From an uncultured delta proteobacterium (GTDB lineage: Bacteria > Myxococcota_A > Polyangia > Polyangiales > B10-G4), in NCBI GenBank assembly GCA_963727445.1, contig CAVSGI010000011.1:32001-96000 (forward strand): a DNA stretch of 64,000 nt, in the 5' to 3' direction. The position numbers and the translations under genes are program-made. How positions within the stretch are numbered: the first letter of the stretch is position 1; every line of letters starts with the position of its first letter. Under the pieces are notes generated by a model, which searched no databases, had not been told where the DNA came from, and saw only the letters and a program-made list of their open reading frames with translations. This document shows positions 31,101 through 41,160 of this stretch, piece after piece.

Positions 31101-31230
31101 AGCGAGCGGCGCCGAGCATCTGAGGACGGCCACGCCCCGCTGCGAGGCTGACCGCGAAGGTATAGGCGGCGGAAACGAGCGTCGCGCAGATGATGAGGGA
31201 TCCCAGTAGAGGGACGTCGATGGCAGGCAT
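28150..31230 (-). CDS. ccmF: cytochrome c heme lyase CcmF fused to CcmI-like helix, double zinc ribbon and acidic tail
   Basis: WGGQDGSLL, GLNPLLQ, HPPTLYMG, WGGYWAWDPVENASFMPWL, SVHSFA; extension LKDLAFERDMGKISDEDY, four CxxC, (DDEDDS)n. Confidence 0.92.
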   Translation of the reverse strand: MPAIDVPLLGSLIICATLVSAAYTFAVSLAAGRGRPQMLGAARFGAYATCALIALGICLLAYAFQTHDFRIRYVARYSDRSMAWWYLVTSLWGGQDGSLLWWSFLLSGWTAVCTRWMRGRFVELQPWVIATLMSILAFFQILMLFAANPFAITPASTPMDGEGLNPLLQNYWMIIHPPTLYMGFVGWSIPFSFAVAALATGRLHDEWLLAIRKWTLMAWLFLSCGLLLGALWSYEELGWGGYWAWDPVENASFMPWLVGTAFLHSVIIQERYGMLKGWNLFLICLTFFMTIFGTFLTRSGLIASVHSFAESNIGIYFVWYMGFIAVVCTALIVWRWKELKAVHKIESLASREFAFLLNNWILVAMMVTTLVLTTFPLLSEWLWSEEVTVGPPIYNRWMVPYGIVLLILAGVGPLISWRKATGKNLVRAFTIPVSVALGAGLLHLAFGSAVGFPAYIPAEAVYDAPADKVLAALFSVAPLISVITCVFVVATVVQEFWRGTSVRMRSKGESFGTALVTLVSRAKRRYGGYLVHVAVVLMYIGFTGAAYDVEKEAALRPGESLDIKGYQIRYDDVRMENDGSKRMVFTDMTILDDEGDEVALVSPAKFIYRTHPDMPTTEVAIRYGVVEDIYVIMASVDPQSRRGTFRVIVRPLVMWIWIGALFLIFGTFIAVSPSVKEILGREGTIREANARVQRLRAFTRGGAALVVLTIAALMLRFGATQAMGMVFIFLAAVVVLAFLGFLWQSLRGAFGAEEALAFAATAPSVERQALGEEKDALVKSLKDLAFERDMGKISDEDYDRLERRLRARAREVLKLLDEDIAAFVVDAEKLVANHLEKLGRGSPYRDRLRDDAAKKKKKPKTSKSKAKAKPESEAHPDSTPPLAGSITCWSCETENDGDADWCKACGARVSEHKCEECDTWNDPDAAFCKKCAHKFVVKMTAEEEEASEAETETEAETETEAASKAEAEAEAEAEEGSDDEDGSDDEEDSDDEDDSDDEDDSDDEDDSDDEDDSDDEEDSDDEEEDK
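28165..28305. repeat. 18-bp coding tandem repeat (acidic tail)
   Basis: About 8 copies of tcttcgtcgtcggagtcg-like units encoding D/GSDDEE/D. Confidence 0.85.
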
Positions 31231-31522
31231 GGTCCACTGGGACTCTAGCAGACCCCCATCGAAACGTTGCGGACGAGGCCTCGCTTGGCGCAGAGGAGCC
31301 CGCTGGGCCGTGCCAGGGCCCGGACCACAGCCCGGTACTTTTTCAGATCGCGTCGCAGCTGGGAGCGCAGCGATTCGCCCCTTCGTCGCAGACCGTGCCG
31401 GCGGCGCGGCGCGCGCGGGGGCAGAAGTCCTCCTCGATCGGCACAGATTGTGCGCCCCGAGTCACGAAGGATGTCTGCGCGGGACGGCCTGCGGTAGCAT
31501 CCGCCGCCCCTGGGAGGTGACC

Positions 31523-33010
31523 GTGGATCGACGAAGCACTCGCGTGCGTGCCCCTGGCATCACGCTGCTCTCTCTGGTGGCGGCGGTGATGCTCGTCTCG
31601 CCGCTCTTCGTGTCGGGTCAGGAGCACGCCACGCCCGCCGAACGACGCGACCCGCTGGCTGAGCTCTTTCAGACGCCGCCGGTCGTGGACCACCTGCCGA
31701 ACGGGCTGACCGTGATGACCGTCCCGTGGGACAGCCCTGGGATCATCGCGTACTACACGCTCGTCCGCGTGGGGTCGCGCGACGAGGTGGAGCCTGGCAA
31801 GAGCGGCTACGCGCACCTCTTCGAGCACATGATGTTCCGCGGGACCGAGCGCTTCCCCGAGGCAGCGTACGAGGCGAAGATCCAGTCCTTCGGCGCCGAC
31901 AACAACGCCTACACCACGCAGGACTTCACGCTCTACACGACCACGGCGCCGGCGGGCGTGCTCGATGAGCTCGTCGATCTCGAGGCCGACCGCTTCGAGC
32001 ACCTCTCTTACAGCCAAGAGCAGTTCCGAACCGAGACCGGCGCCGTGCTCGGTGAGTACAACAAGAGCGCGTCGAATCCGTTCTTGAAGATGTGGGAGAC
32101 GATCAGTGAGATGGGCTTCCACCGTCACACGTACGGGCACACGACGATCGGCTACCTCCGCGACGTCCAGGCGATGCCGGAGAACTTCCGCTACTCGCAG
32201 CAGTTCTTCCAGCGCTACTACACCCCGGACGACTGCACGATCATCGTCGCCGGGGACGTCGACCACGATCGCCTCATGTCCCTCGTCCGAGCGCACTACG
32301 GGGGCTGGCGTGGTCACCGTCATCACGAGCGTGTGCCGACCGAGCCGGAGCCGCGCGCCGGCGCGCGTCGCGACCTCACGTGGGACGGCTCGACACCGCC
32401 GCGCATGTTCGTGGCCTATCGGGCGCCGAGCTTCGAAGGAACGGGGCGCACCGAGGCGCAGAAGGCGGCCTCGATCAGAGAGACAGCCGCGCTCCAGGTC
32501 GTGCACGCGCTCGCGTTCGATCCGTCGAGCCCGCTCTACCAGCGCCTGGTCGTCGACGAGCAGAAGGTCCTCGAGCTGTCGAGCTGGGCGGGTGAGTTCA
32601 GCCGGGACCCGCACTTCTTCATGGCGACGGTGACGCTCAAGCCCGGTGAGGCGTTCGACCCCATCCTCGACGCGATCCAGGAGGAGCTCGCGAAGATCGG
32701 TCGCGGGGAGGTGCCCGCCGAGCGCATCGAGGCGGTGAAGAGCCACGTCCGGTACGGGATGCTCACCAACATCGAGACCCCCGATCAGATAGCGGACCTC
32801 ATCGCGCAGTTCATCGCCGTGGGGAACGACCTCGGCGCGATGTCCGCTTACCTTCAGGCGCTCGCTGCCGTGACGCCCGAGGACGTCGCGCGCGCGGCCA
32901 GCCAATACCTGGTGCCTGATCGCCGGTTCGTCGTGACGCTCGCGCCGGCGCCAGAGGGGAGCGCGGGCGAGCCTGGCGCCGCAACCGGGGCCGCAGGAGG
33001 TGCACGATGA
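31523..33010 (+). CDS. M16B zinc peptidase, catalytic subunit
   Basis: LPNGL, VGSRDE, SGYAHLFEHMMFRGT (HxxEH), NAYT; GGAGG before GTG at 31523. Confidence 0.92.
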   Translation: MDRRSTRVRAPGITLLSLVAAVMLVSPLFVSGQEHATPAERRDPLAELFQTPPVVDHLPNGLTVMTVPWDSPGIIAYYTLVRVGSRDEVEPGKSGYAHLFEHMMFRGTERFPEAAYEAKIQSFGADNNAYTTQDFTLYTTTAPAGVLDELVDLEADRFEHLSYSQEQFRTETGAVLGEYNKSASNPFLKMWETISEMGFHRHTYGHTTIGYLRDVQAMPENFRYSQQFFQRYYTPDDCTIIVAGDVDHDRLMSLVRAHYGGWRGHRHHERVPTEPEPRAGARRDLTWDGSTPPRMFVAYRAPSFEGTGRTEAQKAASIRETAALQVVHALAFDPSSPLYQRLVVDEQKVLELSSWAGEFSRDPHFFMATVTLKPGEAFDPILDAIQEELAKIGRGEVPAERIEAVKSHVRYGMLTNIETPDQIADLIAQFIAVGNDLGAMSAYLQALAAVTPEDVARAASQYLVPDRRFVVTLAPAPEGSAGEPGAATGAAGGAR

Positions 33011-34584
33011 CGCGCGCCCTCACCATCCTGTTCACCGTCTCACTCGTGGCGTGTGGCCCGAGCACGCCGCACCCGTCGGAGCCGGTCGGCCACGTCACCG
33101 GCGGCGGCCAGAACGAGGGCGGCTCGGGCGCCGGCGCCCGCGAGCCGCTGGGACACACGGCGCTCATCGAGAAGCGGAGCGAGTCGCCCATCATCACGCT
33201 TCGCGTGTCCTTCGACGCCGGCTCGTCGTCCGACACGGCCGGGCGCGAAGGTGTGACCTACGTGGCGGCGCACCTCATGGCCGAGGGCGGCGCTGGCGAC
33301 CTCACCTACGCCGAGCTGACCAAGCGTCTCTTCCCGATGGCCGCGCAGCTCTCCGTCACCGTGGGCAGAGATCAGACGACCTTCGTTGCGCGCGTGCATC
33401 GGGACTTCCTCGACCGGTTCTACGCGATCTTCCACGACGTCCTCGCGCGCCCGAAGATGGGACGTGAGGACTTCGAGCGCATCGTCGCGCAGACGCGGAG
33501 CCAGCTCACGCTCGAGCTTCGCGGCAACGATGACGAGGCGCTCGGCAAGGAGGTCCTGGAGGCGATGCTCTACGAGGGGCACCCGTACGGCCACCCGGTG
33601 CTCGGCACCGAGTCCGGCCTCGCGGCGCTCCGCGTCGACGACGTACGCGCACAGCGCGCCAAAGTGTTGTGCGGGCCACGCGCGGTCGTCGGTCTGGCCG
33701 GCGACTACCCGGATGGGTTCGCCGAGCGCGTGCAACGGGACGTCGCTGCCATCACATCCGATGCGTGCGTCGGGCGTCGGGTGCTTCCCGCCGCGCCCAC
33801 GGTCGCGTCTCCACGCATCTGGCTCGTCGACAAGCCCGAGGCGCAGTCCGTCGCGATCAGCATGGGCATGCACATCGACGTCGAGCGCGGCGACGAGGAT
33901 TATCCGGCGCTCGTCCTCGCGACGACGTACCTCGGCCAGCACCGGCAGTTCGTCGGACGCTTGATGCAGAAGATGCGCGGCGACCGCGGGCTGAACTATG
34001 GCGACTACGCCTACGTCGAGTACTTCGAGCAGGAGGGCTGGGGCCGATTCCCGCTCCCGGACACGTCGCGCCGCCAGCAGTACTTCTCGATCTGGATCCG
34101 CCCGGTGCGCCCGGAGCAGGCGCACTTCGCGCTGCGAATGGCGGTGCGGGAGCTTAGCCTCTTCGCCGAAGAGGGGATGACCGAGGCGGATTTCGAGCGC
34201 GTGCGCACCTTCGCCGATCGCTACTACGCGCTCTATCTGCAGACGGAGTCGCGCCGCCTCGGGTACGCGATCGACGACCGATTCTACGGGGCGAGCGCGC
34301 CTTACCTCGAGGCGCTCCGCGGCGCCTGGCGCGAGCTCACCGTCGAGGAGGTGAACGCCGCCATCGCGCGACACATCCACCCGGAGCATCTCGAGATCGC
34401 CATCGTCACCAAGGACGCCGCCGCGTTCGCGGACACGATCGCGTCCGAGGCGCCGTCTCCGATCGAATACGCCGCCGAGGCGACGCCCTCCGTATTGGAG
34501 GAGGACCGAGCGATCGTGCCCTACCGCATCGGTATTCCGCGAGATCGGATGACGATCGTTCCGGTGGGGGAGACGTTTCGGTAG
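33007..34584 (+). CDS. M16B peptidase partner subunit (no HxxEH), lipoprotein
   Basis: ATGA overlap with the upstream gene, LVAC lipobox, HPYGHP, RLMQKMRGDRGLNYG (R/Y pair). Confidence 0.88.
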   Translation: MTRALTILFTVSLVACGPSTPHPSEPVGHVTGGGQNEGGSGAGAREPLGHTALIEKRSESPIITLRVSFDAGSSSDTAGREGVTYVAAHLMAEGGAGDLTYAELTKRLFPMAAQLSVTVGRDQTTFVARVHRDFLDRFYAIFHDVLARPKMGREDFERIVAQTRSQLTLELRGNDDEALGKEVLEAMLYEGHPYGHPVLGTESGLAALRVDDVRAQRAKVLCGPRAVVGLAGDYPDGFAERVQRDVAAITSDACVGRRVLPAAPTVASPRIWLVDKPEAQSVAISMGMHIDVERGDEDYPALVLATTYLGQHRQFVGRLMQKMRGDRGLNYGDYAYVEYFEQEGWGRFPLPDTSRRQQYFSIWIRPVRPEQAHFALRMAVRELSLFAEEGMTEADFERVRTFADRYYALYLQTESRRLGYAIDDRFYGASAPYLEALRGAWRELTVEEVNAAIARHIHPEHLEIAIVTKDAAAFADTIASEAPSPIEYAAEATPSVLEEDRAIVPYRIGIPRDRMTIVPVGETFR

Positions 34585-34654
34585 AAGATCGGGTTCGCCG
34601 CTCGGCCGAGCGACCTCGCCGTGACTCGGCCGGCTCTCTGATAGCGTAGTCACC

Positions 34655-35036
34655 GTGGCCAGCACCGACGACGAGGCTCAGGCGCGCGCCGCCCGCATCC
34701 GCGAGGAAGCACGGGCTTGGGGCGAGCGAGATGCGCGTGACGAGGCCATCCAGCGTCGTAAGCGAGCGCGCGTGGGCCGAGCTCTCATGCTCGCGGTACT
34801 GCCAATACCCTGGATGATGACGGCTGTTCTCGTCTACGGCGCGCTCTTTCGAGCCGACTCGTTGCCGTCGCACGTCCCCACGCCCGATGGGCCCAATTCC
34901 CGGCGGCCTATCGCTCCTCGACAGGCTCCTTCACACCATGAGCGGGCAGAACGCGATGCTCGTCGTGTCCCTGGTGAGCCTCGTCCTGTCGATCGCGGTC
35001 ACGATCAGCGTGCGCCGAACGCTCGCGAAGCTCTGA
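34655..35036 (+). CDS. small two-TM membrane protein with one frameshift near 34887
   Basis: First TM ALMLAVLPIPWMMTAVLVYGALF; the shifted frame gives MGPIPGGLSLL...AMLVVSLVSLVLSIAVTISVRRTLAKL*; span is 3n+1. Confidence 0.5.
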
Positions 35037-35207
35037 GCAGGGAGCCACTGCCGGGTCGCGCTGCCCGGCAGCCGTCCTTCGTCTCCCCATCGAAGTTCAC
35101 AACTGAGACGGACCGCTCGCACGAGGCGACCCCGCGCCCGCCGCGTCTTCTCGGCCGTCCCGCCGTCTTGCGGGTGTCCTGGACCGGCGACTGCTAAGCT
35201 CACCGAT

Positions 35208-36281
35208 GTGCGGTGTGTTTGGTGGTCGTTGCTTTTGGCTCTGGGCCTATCGGGCGGCTGCGGCCGACTCGACTTCGTGCGTATGACGCCCGACGGATCC
35301 ATCGATGGAGCGCTGGACGGCGGTCGGCCCGACGCTTTGTCGGAAGCAGGCTCCGACGCGCGACTCGTCGACGCCGCGGCCGATGCACCTCCCCCCGACT
35401 CTGGTGAGCCACCGCTGGACGCTTCACCCGACGCCGCCCCTCCGCCCGGCCTCGCAACCGTCGACAGCTTCGAGATCGGCTGGGCCACGGAGACGAACGC
35501 ATACTGGCAATGGGCGGTGAGCATCGCGGCGGACGACTTCGACCGCTTCGAGCTGGTGACCGGCCCGACCACCGATGTCGTCCGTGCCCGCGCAGATTCG
35601 AGCACGCTCTGGGGCTCGGCCCAGAACCCCGAGCTCGGCTTCCTCGAGATCCCGAGCGGTGATCCCGTGACACACACGTTGACCGTCGGGCATCCGCCCG
35701 GCAGCCGGGTCTTCGGGCAGCTCGCCGTGTGGGACACGCGCGGGGGTGTCACGTTCTCCGAGGTCGTCTCGATACAGCTCCTCTCCCCCACCGCGGAGAT
35801 CGTGCTCTTTGCCGACGCTGACACGGCTGGCTACTCGATCCCGGCGTCGTACGCGCGGAGCGCGACGGATCCCTACGCGGGCACGTACTGCTACGAGTTC
35901 ACCTGCGGACCCAGCGACTGTTTCGAGAACCTGCGCCGCCAGAACATCGCCGTCGACGTCTCGGCCATCCCCGCGGACGCCTTCGATGGAGCCTTCTTCG
36001 AGTTCGCCCTTCGTCTCGACGGACCACCGGAAGCCCGCCCTTCCTATTGGTCCGACGTGCGCCTCGGCTTCGCCGACGGCAGCCTCTTGGGCTTCCACTG
36101 GATCACCTTCTCGCGCGGGCCCTACCGAGTGATCCAGATCCCGCTCGCTCAGCTGACCTCGGCCGACGGAGCGCTCACTCCAGCCCTCACGTCGTCCACA
36201 CTCCTCGACGAGTTCTGGGTCGGCGGCCAGTGGCCTGCCGACACCGCCGTTCGTTTCGACGAAGCCCGCATCCGCTGGTGA
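35208..36281 (+). CDS. hypothetical lipoprotein
   Basis: LSGGC-GRLDF lipobox, DA/DG linker, FnIII-like then beta-sandwich-like domain ending VRFDEARIRW. Confidence 0.8.
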   Translation: MRCVWWSLLLALGLSGGCGRLDFVRMTPDGSIDGALDGGRPDALSEAGSDARLVDAAADAPPPDSGEPPLDASPDAAPPPGLATVDSFEIGWATETNAYWQWAVSIAADDFDRFELVTGPTTDVVRARADSSTLWGSAQNPELGFLEIPSGDPVTHTLTVGHPPGSRVFGQLAVWDTRGGVTFSEVVSIQLLSPTAEIVLFADADTAGYSIPASYARSATDPYAGTYCYEFTCGPSDCFENLRRQNIAVDVSAIPADAFDGAFFEFALRLDGPPEARPSYWSDVRLGFADGSLLGFHWITFSRGPYRVIQIPLAQLTSADGALTPALTSSTLLDEFWVGGQWPADTAVRFDEARIRW

Positions 36282-36293
36282 TCGACTCTCTGC

Positions 36294-36495
36294 GCTGATC
36301 TTCTGACCATGGCTCGTTCGCTCGAGGCCGAGGGGTTGAGGCGGCGTGGGGTCGTGGGGGTGGGAGCGCACGTCCGTTCCGCTGCGCGCGCAGCTCTGTG
36401 GTCAATTCTCGTCGCCACTCCCCGCCCGCCGATGCCCCTCGGGACCCTCCGTGCGGTCGGGCAAGCATTGGCCGCTCGCCCAAAGACGAACGCCC
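36294..36495. repeat. dispersed structured repeat, copy 1
   Basis: Aligns with 43368-43588 from GCTGATCTTCTG to CAAAGA..AACGCCC; shared core GGGAGCGCACGTCCGTTCCGCTGCGCGYGCAGCTCTGTGGTCAATTCTCGTCGCCA. Confidence 0.9.
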
Positions 36496-36611
36496 AGCAG
36501 GGCTTCGATCCGACGCCTACTCACCTACCCCCCTGAGAAGGAGTGTACGGCAGTCCGGCTGAGCGGATCTACTCACGATTTGACTGGTAGTCGCCTATAC
36601 TCGCCGACATC

Positions 36612-38378
36612 GTGCGGGGGACGATGCAGGTGGTTCTGGTCGGGCTGCTCACCATCCTTTCGGGATGCAGCTTCCTCGGTCTGTTCGACGCCCCCCCCGT
36701 CAACATCACGTGTACCGATGACGCGATCTGCGAGGAGATGCTCGGCTCCGATGATTGCCATCGCGGCACCTGTGGTTCGGACGGTGTGTGTGCGCTCCAC
36801 TTGCTCGATGAAGATCGCGACGGGTTCGCCCCTGCCGGCTGCGCGTCGCCCCCGGATTGCGACGATACGAATCCCAGTGTCAATCCCGGGGCCATGGAGA
36901 TCTGCGGGCTGGCCGACGACGACTGCGACGGGAGCATCGACGAGCCGCCCGCTTCGGACAGTTGCACACTGGCCAATGCCACCGCGGTCTGTGAAGCCAG
37001 CGCCTGTCGAGTCGATCAGTGCATGACCGGGTTCGGAGACTGTGATCGACAACCGCTCAACGGCTGTGAGGCCGACTTCACCCAGCCGGCCTCCTGCGGT
37101 GGGTGCAGCTTGGAGTGCAAGACCTCCGGCGCCATTTGCACCACCTTGCAGGAGTGTTCACCCGTCACCGAGTGGCAGGCGGTGTTCACGCACCAGGACT
37201 TCGAACAGGTCGTCGTCCGTGATGTGGCCTCCACCGAGAGCGGTGAGGTCTTCGTGCTGGCGACGGTGTACGGTGCGCTAGACCTCCGAGAAGCAGGCAT
37301 GCTCGACGGCGGGGCCACAGGAAGCACATTCGTGCTCGGCCTTTCGAGTGGGGGCGCACCCACGTGGGCCACCGAGCTCGCGGAAGGTCCCTCGGAACCA
37401 CCCACTGGGTCCAGGCCCAGGGAGCCGGCGGCGATCGTCGTCGAGGGAGACGCGATCTTCGTATTCGTGGGTGGCCTGGCCACCACCAGCCTCCTCGCGC
37501 GCTTGACTCTCTCGGGCGCTATCGCTTGGCAGCGGGCAATCACCGACGGCATGGCGGGAATGGACGAGCCTCTGCTCCTGGCGGACAGCTCGCAGGTCGT
37601 GCTGGTGTGGGCCGGCGTGCGTGCCTTCGCTTCCGCCGACGGCAGTCCGACGTGGGGAGTCGACCTCGGAATCGCTATGGAGCCATCCGAAGGAATCGCT
37701 GGAGCGACACTCCAGAGTGACGGACTGCTCATCGCGGGTATCTCGTCGATGCCGCTCGGCCTGGTCGACCTTGGGACGATTTCCACGATCGACACCGGTT
37801 TCATGGGCATGGCGGATGGTTCGGTCTATCTCCTCGCACTCACTTCTTCGGGCGCTTTCCGCTGGATCCGCGCGTTGCTCGATCCCAGTCCCATGATGGA
37901 GCTAGAGCCCTACGGGTTCGTGCCCCTGAATGGGGAGCGAGCATTGGTCCTCAAGGGCCGCTTCAGCGTGTCGTCCGAGCGCATCGACGAACCAGGACGC
38001 CCAACCGTCGTGCGGCTCGCAACCGCAGACGGCGCGGTCCTCGGAGCCGATACGATCGACCTCTCGTTGGATATGAGCGCTCCACACGGCTTGCGAGGCG
38101 GTTCCGAGCTCTGGTTCGTCAACACCGTTTACGACACGACCGTCGTTGGCGTCGCTGGCAGCCCCCTGGCGCCCTTCTACGAGTTCGACCCACGTACTGG
38201 CCTTGTTCCGGGGTCACCGGTTTTCGACTACGTCCAAGCCATACCCTCTAGTGATTCGTTGATCGTGGCCGGGGACGCGCTTCGTCCTTTCGAGACTGAC
38301 GCCGGCGATGTCTCCTTCGCGTCGGATCAGGGCGCATTCGTGATCATGAAGCTCGCGGGGCTCCCGGTCGGGTCATGA
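36612..38378 (+). CDS. Cys-rich lipoprotein with MopE-like motif and putative beta-propeller
   Basis: LSGC lipobox, DEDRDGF..DCDDTNPSVNPGAMEICGLADDDCDG, GFGDCD..NGCE, repeated LxxSGxxxW blades. Confidence 0.8.
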   Translation: MRGTMQVVLVGLLTILSGCSFLGLFDAPPVNITCTDDAICEEMLGSDDCHRGTCGSDGVCALHLLDEDRDGFAPAGCASPPDCDDTNPSVNPGAMEICGLADDDCDGSIDEPPASDSCTLANATAVCEASACRVDQCMTGFGDCDRQPLNGCEADFTQPASCGGCSLECKTSGAICTTLQECSPVTEWQAVFTHQDFEQVVVRDVASTESGEVFVLATVYGALDLREAGMLDGGATGSTFVLGLSSGGAPTWATELAEGPSEPPTGSRPREPAAIVVEGDAIFVFVGGLATTSLLARLTLSGAIAWQRAITDGMAGMDEPLLLADSSQVVLVWAGVRAFASADGSPTWGVDLGIAMEPSEGIAGATLQSDGLLIAGISSMPLGLVDLGTISTIDTGFMGMADGSVYLLALTSSGAFRWIRALLDPSPMMELEPYGFVPLNGERALVLKGRFSVSSERIDEPGRPTVVRLATADGAVLGADTIDLSLDMSAPHGLRGGSELWFVNTVYDTTVVGVAGSPLAPFYEFDPRTGLVPGSPVFDYVQAIPSSDSLIVAGDALRPFETDAGDVSFASDQGAFVIMKLAGLPVGS

Positions 38379-39403
38379 CTCTCGAGCTGGACAGGGAGAG
38401 GACGATGCGTGCCGCGTTCTTGGTTGCCGCCCTCCTGCTCACGAGCTCGACTGCATTCGCTCAGGAGCCGGAGGAGACCACAGCAGAGGATGACGTCGAG
38501 GACACTGGGGAAGGCGAGACCCAAGCTGCGGAAGAAGTCGAGGCGCCGCCCGACACTCCGGAGATCCGCGAAGCGCGTCGGCACTACGAGCAGGGCGCGG
38601 TCTTCTTTCGGCAGGAGCGCTACGAGCAGGCGATCAGCGAGTTCACCGAGGCGTATGCACTCTGGGACAACCCGCTCATCCTCTACAGCCTCGGCCAGGC
38701 CAACGAACGGCTGCTGCGTGTGACACGCGCGATCAGCTTTTACGAGCGCTTCCTTCGGGCGGCGCCCGACGATCCACGGACCGCAGAGGTCGAGGACACG
38801 GTGCGTGGGCTGCGAATGCTCTTGGCGACAGTGGTCGTCGAGTCGAACGTGCCCGCTACGGTGCACGTCGACGGGCAGGAGCTCGGGGAGGCCCCAGGAG
38901 AGTTCGAGCTGAGCACCGGGACGTACACAGTCGAGCTCCGCGCGGAGGGATTCGAGCCTGCGAGCCAATCCGTGCAGCTGGCGGCGCGGACATCGCGCAC
39001 GCTGTCCTTCGAGCTCGAGGAGGTTCCGGAGGCATCGACGACGATCGAGCAGACGACGATCGTGGAAGGCCGAGAGGGGCTCTCGCGGGTGTGGTTCTGG
39101 ACCGGGCTTGGCGTCACCGGCGCCGCGGTCATCACGGCGTCCATCCTCGGCGGAGTGACGCTGCAGAAGGCGTCTGATTACGAGGCCGATCCGATGCGAA
39201 CCAAAACGGCGCAGGACCAAGGTAACCGGCTCGCATTGATGACGGACGTCGCCATCGGAGCCTCGGTGCTCTTTGCCGTCGGGACGCTTCTGCTCTACCT
39301 CAACACCGATTGGGGCGCCGACGAGGAGGACGCCGCGGCGGTCAGCGCCGAGGCGGCGATCCTGCCGGGCGGTGGGTTCATCGGCGTTCGTGGGCGACTC
39401 TGA
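38375..39403 (+). CDS. TPR + PEGA domain protein
   Basis: Signal peptide, ARRHYEQG..YEQAISEFTEAY TPR, SNVPATVHVDG..LSTGTYTVELRAEGF PEGA, C-terminal hydrophobic segments. Confidence 0.88.
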   Translation: MTLELDRERTMRAAFLVAALLLTSSTAFAQEPEETTAEDDVEDTGEGETQAAEEVEAPPDTPEIREARRHYEQGAVFFRQERYEQAISEFTEAYALWDNPLILYSLGQANERLLRVTRAISFYERFLRAAPDDPRTAEVEDTVRGLRMLLATVVVESNVPATVHVDGQELGEAPGEFELSTGTYTVELRAEGFEPASQSVQLAARTSRTLSFELEEVPEASTTIEQTTIVEGREGLSRVWFWTGLGVTGAAVITASILGGVTLQKASDYEADPMRTKTAQDQGNRLALMTDVAIGASVLFAVGTLLLYLNTDWGADEEDAAAVSAEAAILPGGGFIGVRGRL

Positions 39404-39409
39404 TCGGGG

Positions 39410-41125
39410 TCAGATCGAGTCCGGGATGTCGCCCATGGCGCCCGTGTAGACAGTGCCGTGCATCGTAGCCGTCATGATCGGGGCGGCCGTCGACTCTTCT
39501 TCCGGCGGCGCTACGACCGGTGGGGCAGCCACCATCGGTGCTTCCATCACTGGAGCCGCCGAGATACGCATCGACGGCCGGCGCATCTCGCTTCCGCGTC
39601 GTTCATCTGCTGCGTTTTCGGTCGGCCGCCCGGCGAGGAAACGCTCGAGCTCGGGGTCGGATGCGTCCTGCACCCCGCGACCGCGCTCGAGGTCGACCCA
39701 GAGGGATCGTGATTCGTCCATGACCAGCCAAAAGCGACGCCCTTCACGCCTGTGGGCGCGGACGGTGACGCTCTCGGGCTGTGATGAACGGGACATCTCC
39801 ATTCGATAGGGCAGGGAATGCGTCTCCCCGCGCAGCTCGACCTCGGCGCCATCGTCGGGAGACTCGATGCTCAACACCACGGTCATCGGCTCAGCCGGCA
39901 CCTCGATGCCCGCCGGCGGCACGTCGGGTTCCGATTGCTCCTCGCTCGCTGGCGCGGCCACGGTCTCGACCGGGGCGGCGGCTTCGTCCGTTCCATTGAG
40001 CATCGTCGTGGCGGCAGCGCCCAGTCCCACGACCGCCGAGGCGGCGATGACGATCAGCTTCCATGGCTTGCTGGCTCGCACGGGCGTTGGCGGCCGCACG
40101 CTCTCGGCCGCCATGGGTGTTTCCGCGAGCACGGCGGTGCGGTGGGAATCGACAGGCTTCGTCAGCACAGGGGACGCGTCGATGGCGGCGAAGGGTTCGA
40201 GCGCCTGAGCGAGGTCGTCCATCGACGAAAAGCGAGCGTCGGGATCCTTGGCGAGCGACTTCTCGACGACGGCGACGAGGTCGGAAGGAAGATCGGAGCG
40301 GAGCTCGGAGAGGGGCGTGGGTTCCTCGGAGATGATCTTCACCATCAGTGCGGGGAGTGAGTCCGCGGGATGCGGGACGCGGCCCGAGAGCGCCTCATAC
40401 ACGATGGCGCCCAGCGCGTAGATGTCGGCGCGTTCGTCGACCTTGCTCGCGTCGCGCGCCTGCTCGGGCGCCATGTAGTACGGCGTACCCATTATCGTTC
40501 CCGTGTTCGTGCCGGGGCTGGATGCGAGTGACGCAGTGAATTTCGAGATCCCGAAGTCGAGGACTTTCACGAAGTCCTTCTGGCCGTGCTCCTCCGTCAG
40601 GAAGATGTTGTCCGGCTTCATGTCTCGATGAACGATGCCCTTGACGTGGGCGGCCGAAAGCGCGGACGCGACCTGCATGGCGATGCGCACGACGCGCCCC
40701 ACCGGCATGGGCCCCGACGCCTCCATCTCCTGGCCGAGATCACGTCCTTCGAGCAATTCGAGGACGGCGAATGGGGAGCCGTCGGCGGCGCGACCCATGT
40801 CCGTCGCCTTGAGGATGTTGGGGTGGCCGAGCATGCCTGCGGCGCGCGCCTCGTTCATGAAGCGCTTCACGACTGCTGGGTCGGAGGCAAAAGCGACATG
40901 CAGCAGCTTGATCGCGCACTTCGCGCCGATCATCGTGTGCTCGGCCTCGTAGACCGTGCCCATTCCGCCACCGCCCAGCTTGCGCGTGATCCGATAGCGC
41001 TCCCCGAGCGTCTCCCCGATGCGGGGATCTTCTGCGGGAGGAAGATCTCCAAGCCGTCGACGTCCACCTGGTCGCTCATCTAGTCGCGTGGGCCCCGATC
41101 CCAACCGAGTCGCCGACTCTATCAC
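39410..41125 (-). CDS. Hanks-type Ser/Thr protein kinase, single-pass membrane
   Basis: LGGGGMGTVY, AIK, HRDMKPDN, DFG, GTPYYMAPE, one TM helix; start uncertain. Confidence 0.95.
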   Translation of the reverse strand: MIESATRLGSGPTRLDERPGGRRRLGDLPPAEDPRIGETLGERYRITRKLGGGGMGTVYEAEHTMIGAKCAIKLLHVAFASDPAVVKRFMNEARAAGMLGHPNILKATDMGRAADGSPFAVLELLEGRDLGQEMEASGPMPVGRVVRIAMQVASALSAAHVKGIVHRDMKPDNIFLTEEHGQKDFVKVLDFGISKFTASLASSPGTNTGTIMGTPYYMAPEQARDASKVDERADIYALGAIVYEALSGRVPHPADSLPALMVKIISEEPTPLSELRSDLPSDLVAVVEKSLAKDPDARFSSMDDLAQALEPFAAIDASPVLTKPVDSHRTAVLAETPMAAESVRPPTPVRASKPWKLIVIAASAVVGLGAAATTMLNGTDEAAAPVETVAAPASEEQSEPDVPPAGIEVPAEPMTVVLSIESPDDGAEVELRGETHSLPYRMEMSRSSQPESVTVRAHRREGRRFWLVMDESRSLWVDLERGRGVQDASDPELERFLAGRPTENAADERRGSEMRRPSMRISAAPVMEAPMVAAPPVVAPPEEESTAAPIMTATMHGTVYTGAMGDIPDSI

Positions 41126-41160
41126 GCCACAGCAGGGTGAAGAGGAGGGCCCGCGTCAGC

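Noticed and set aside
33007..34584. M16 subunit lacking HxxEH as a novel pseudoenzyme
   Set aside because: An active plus inactive subunit pair is the established M16B heterodimer arrangement
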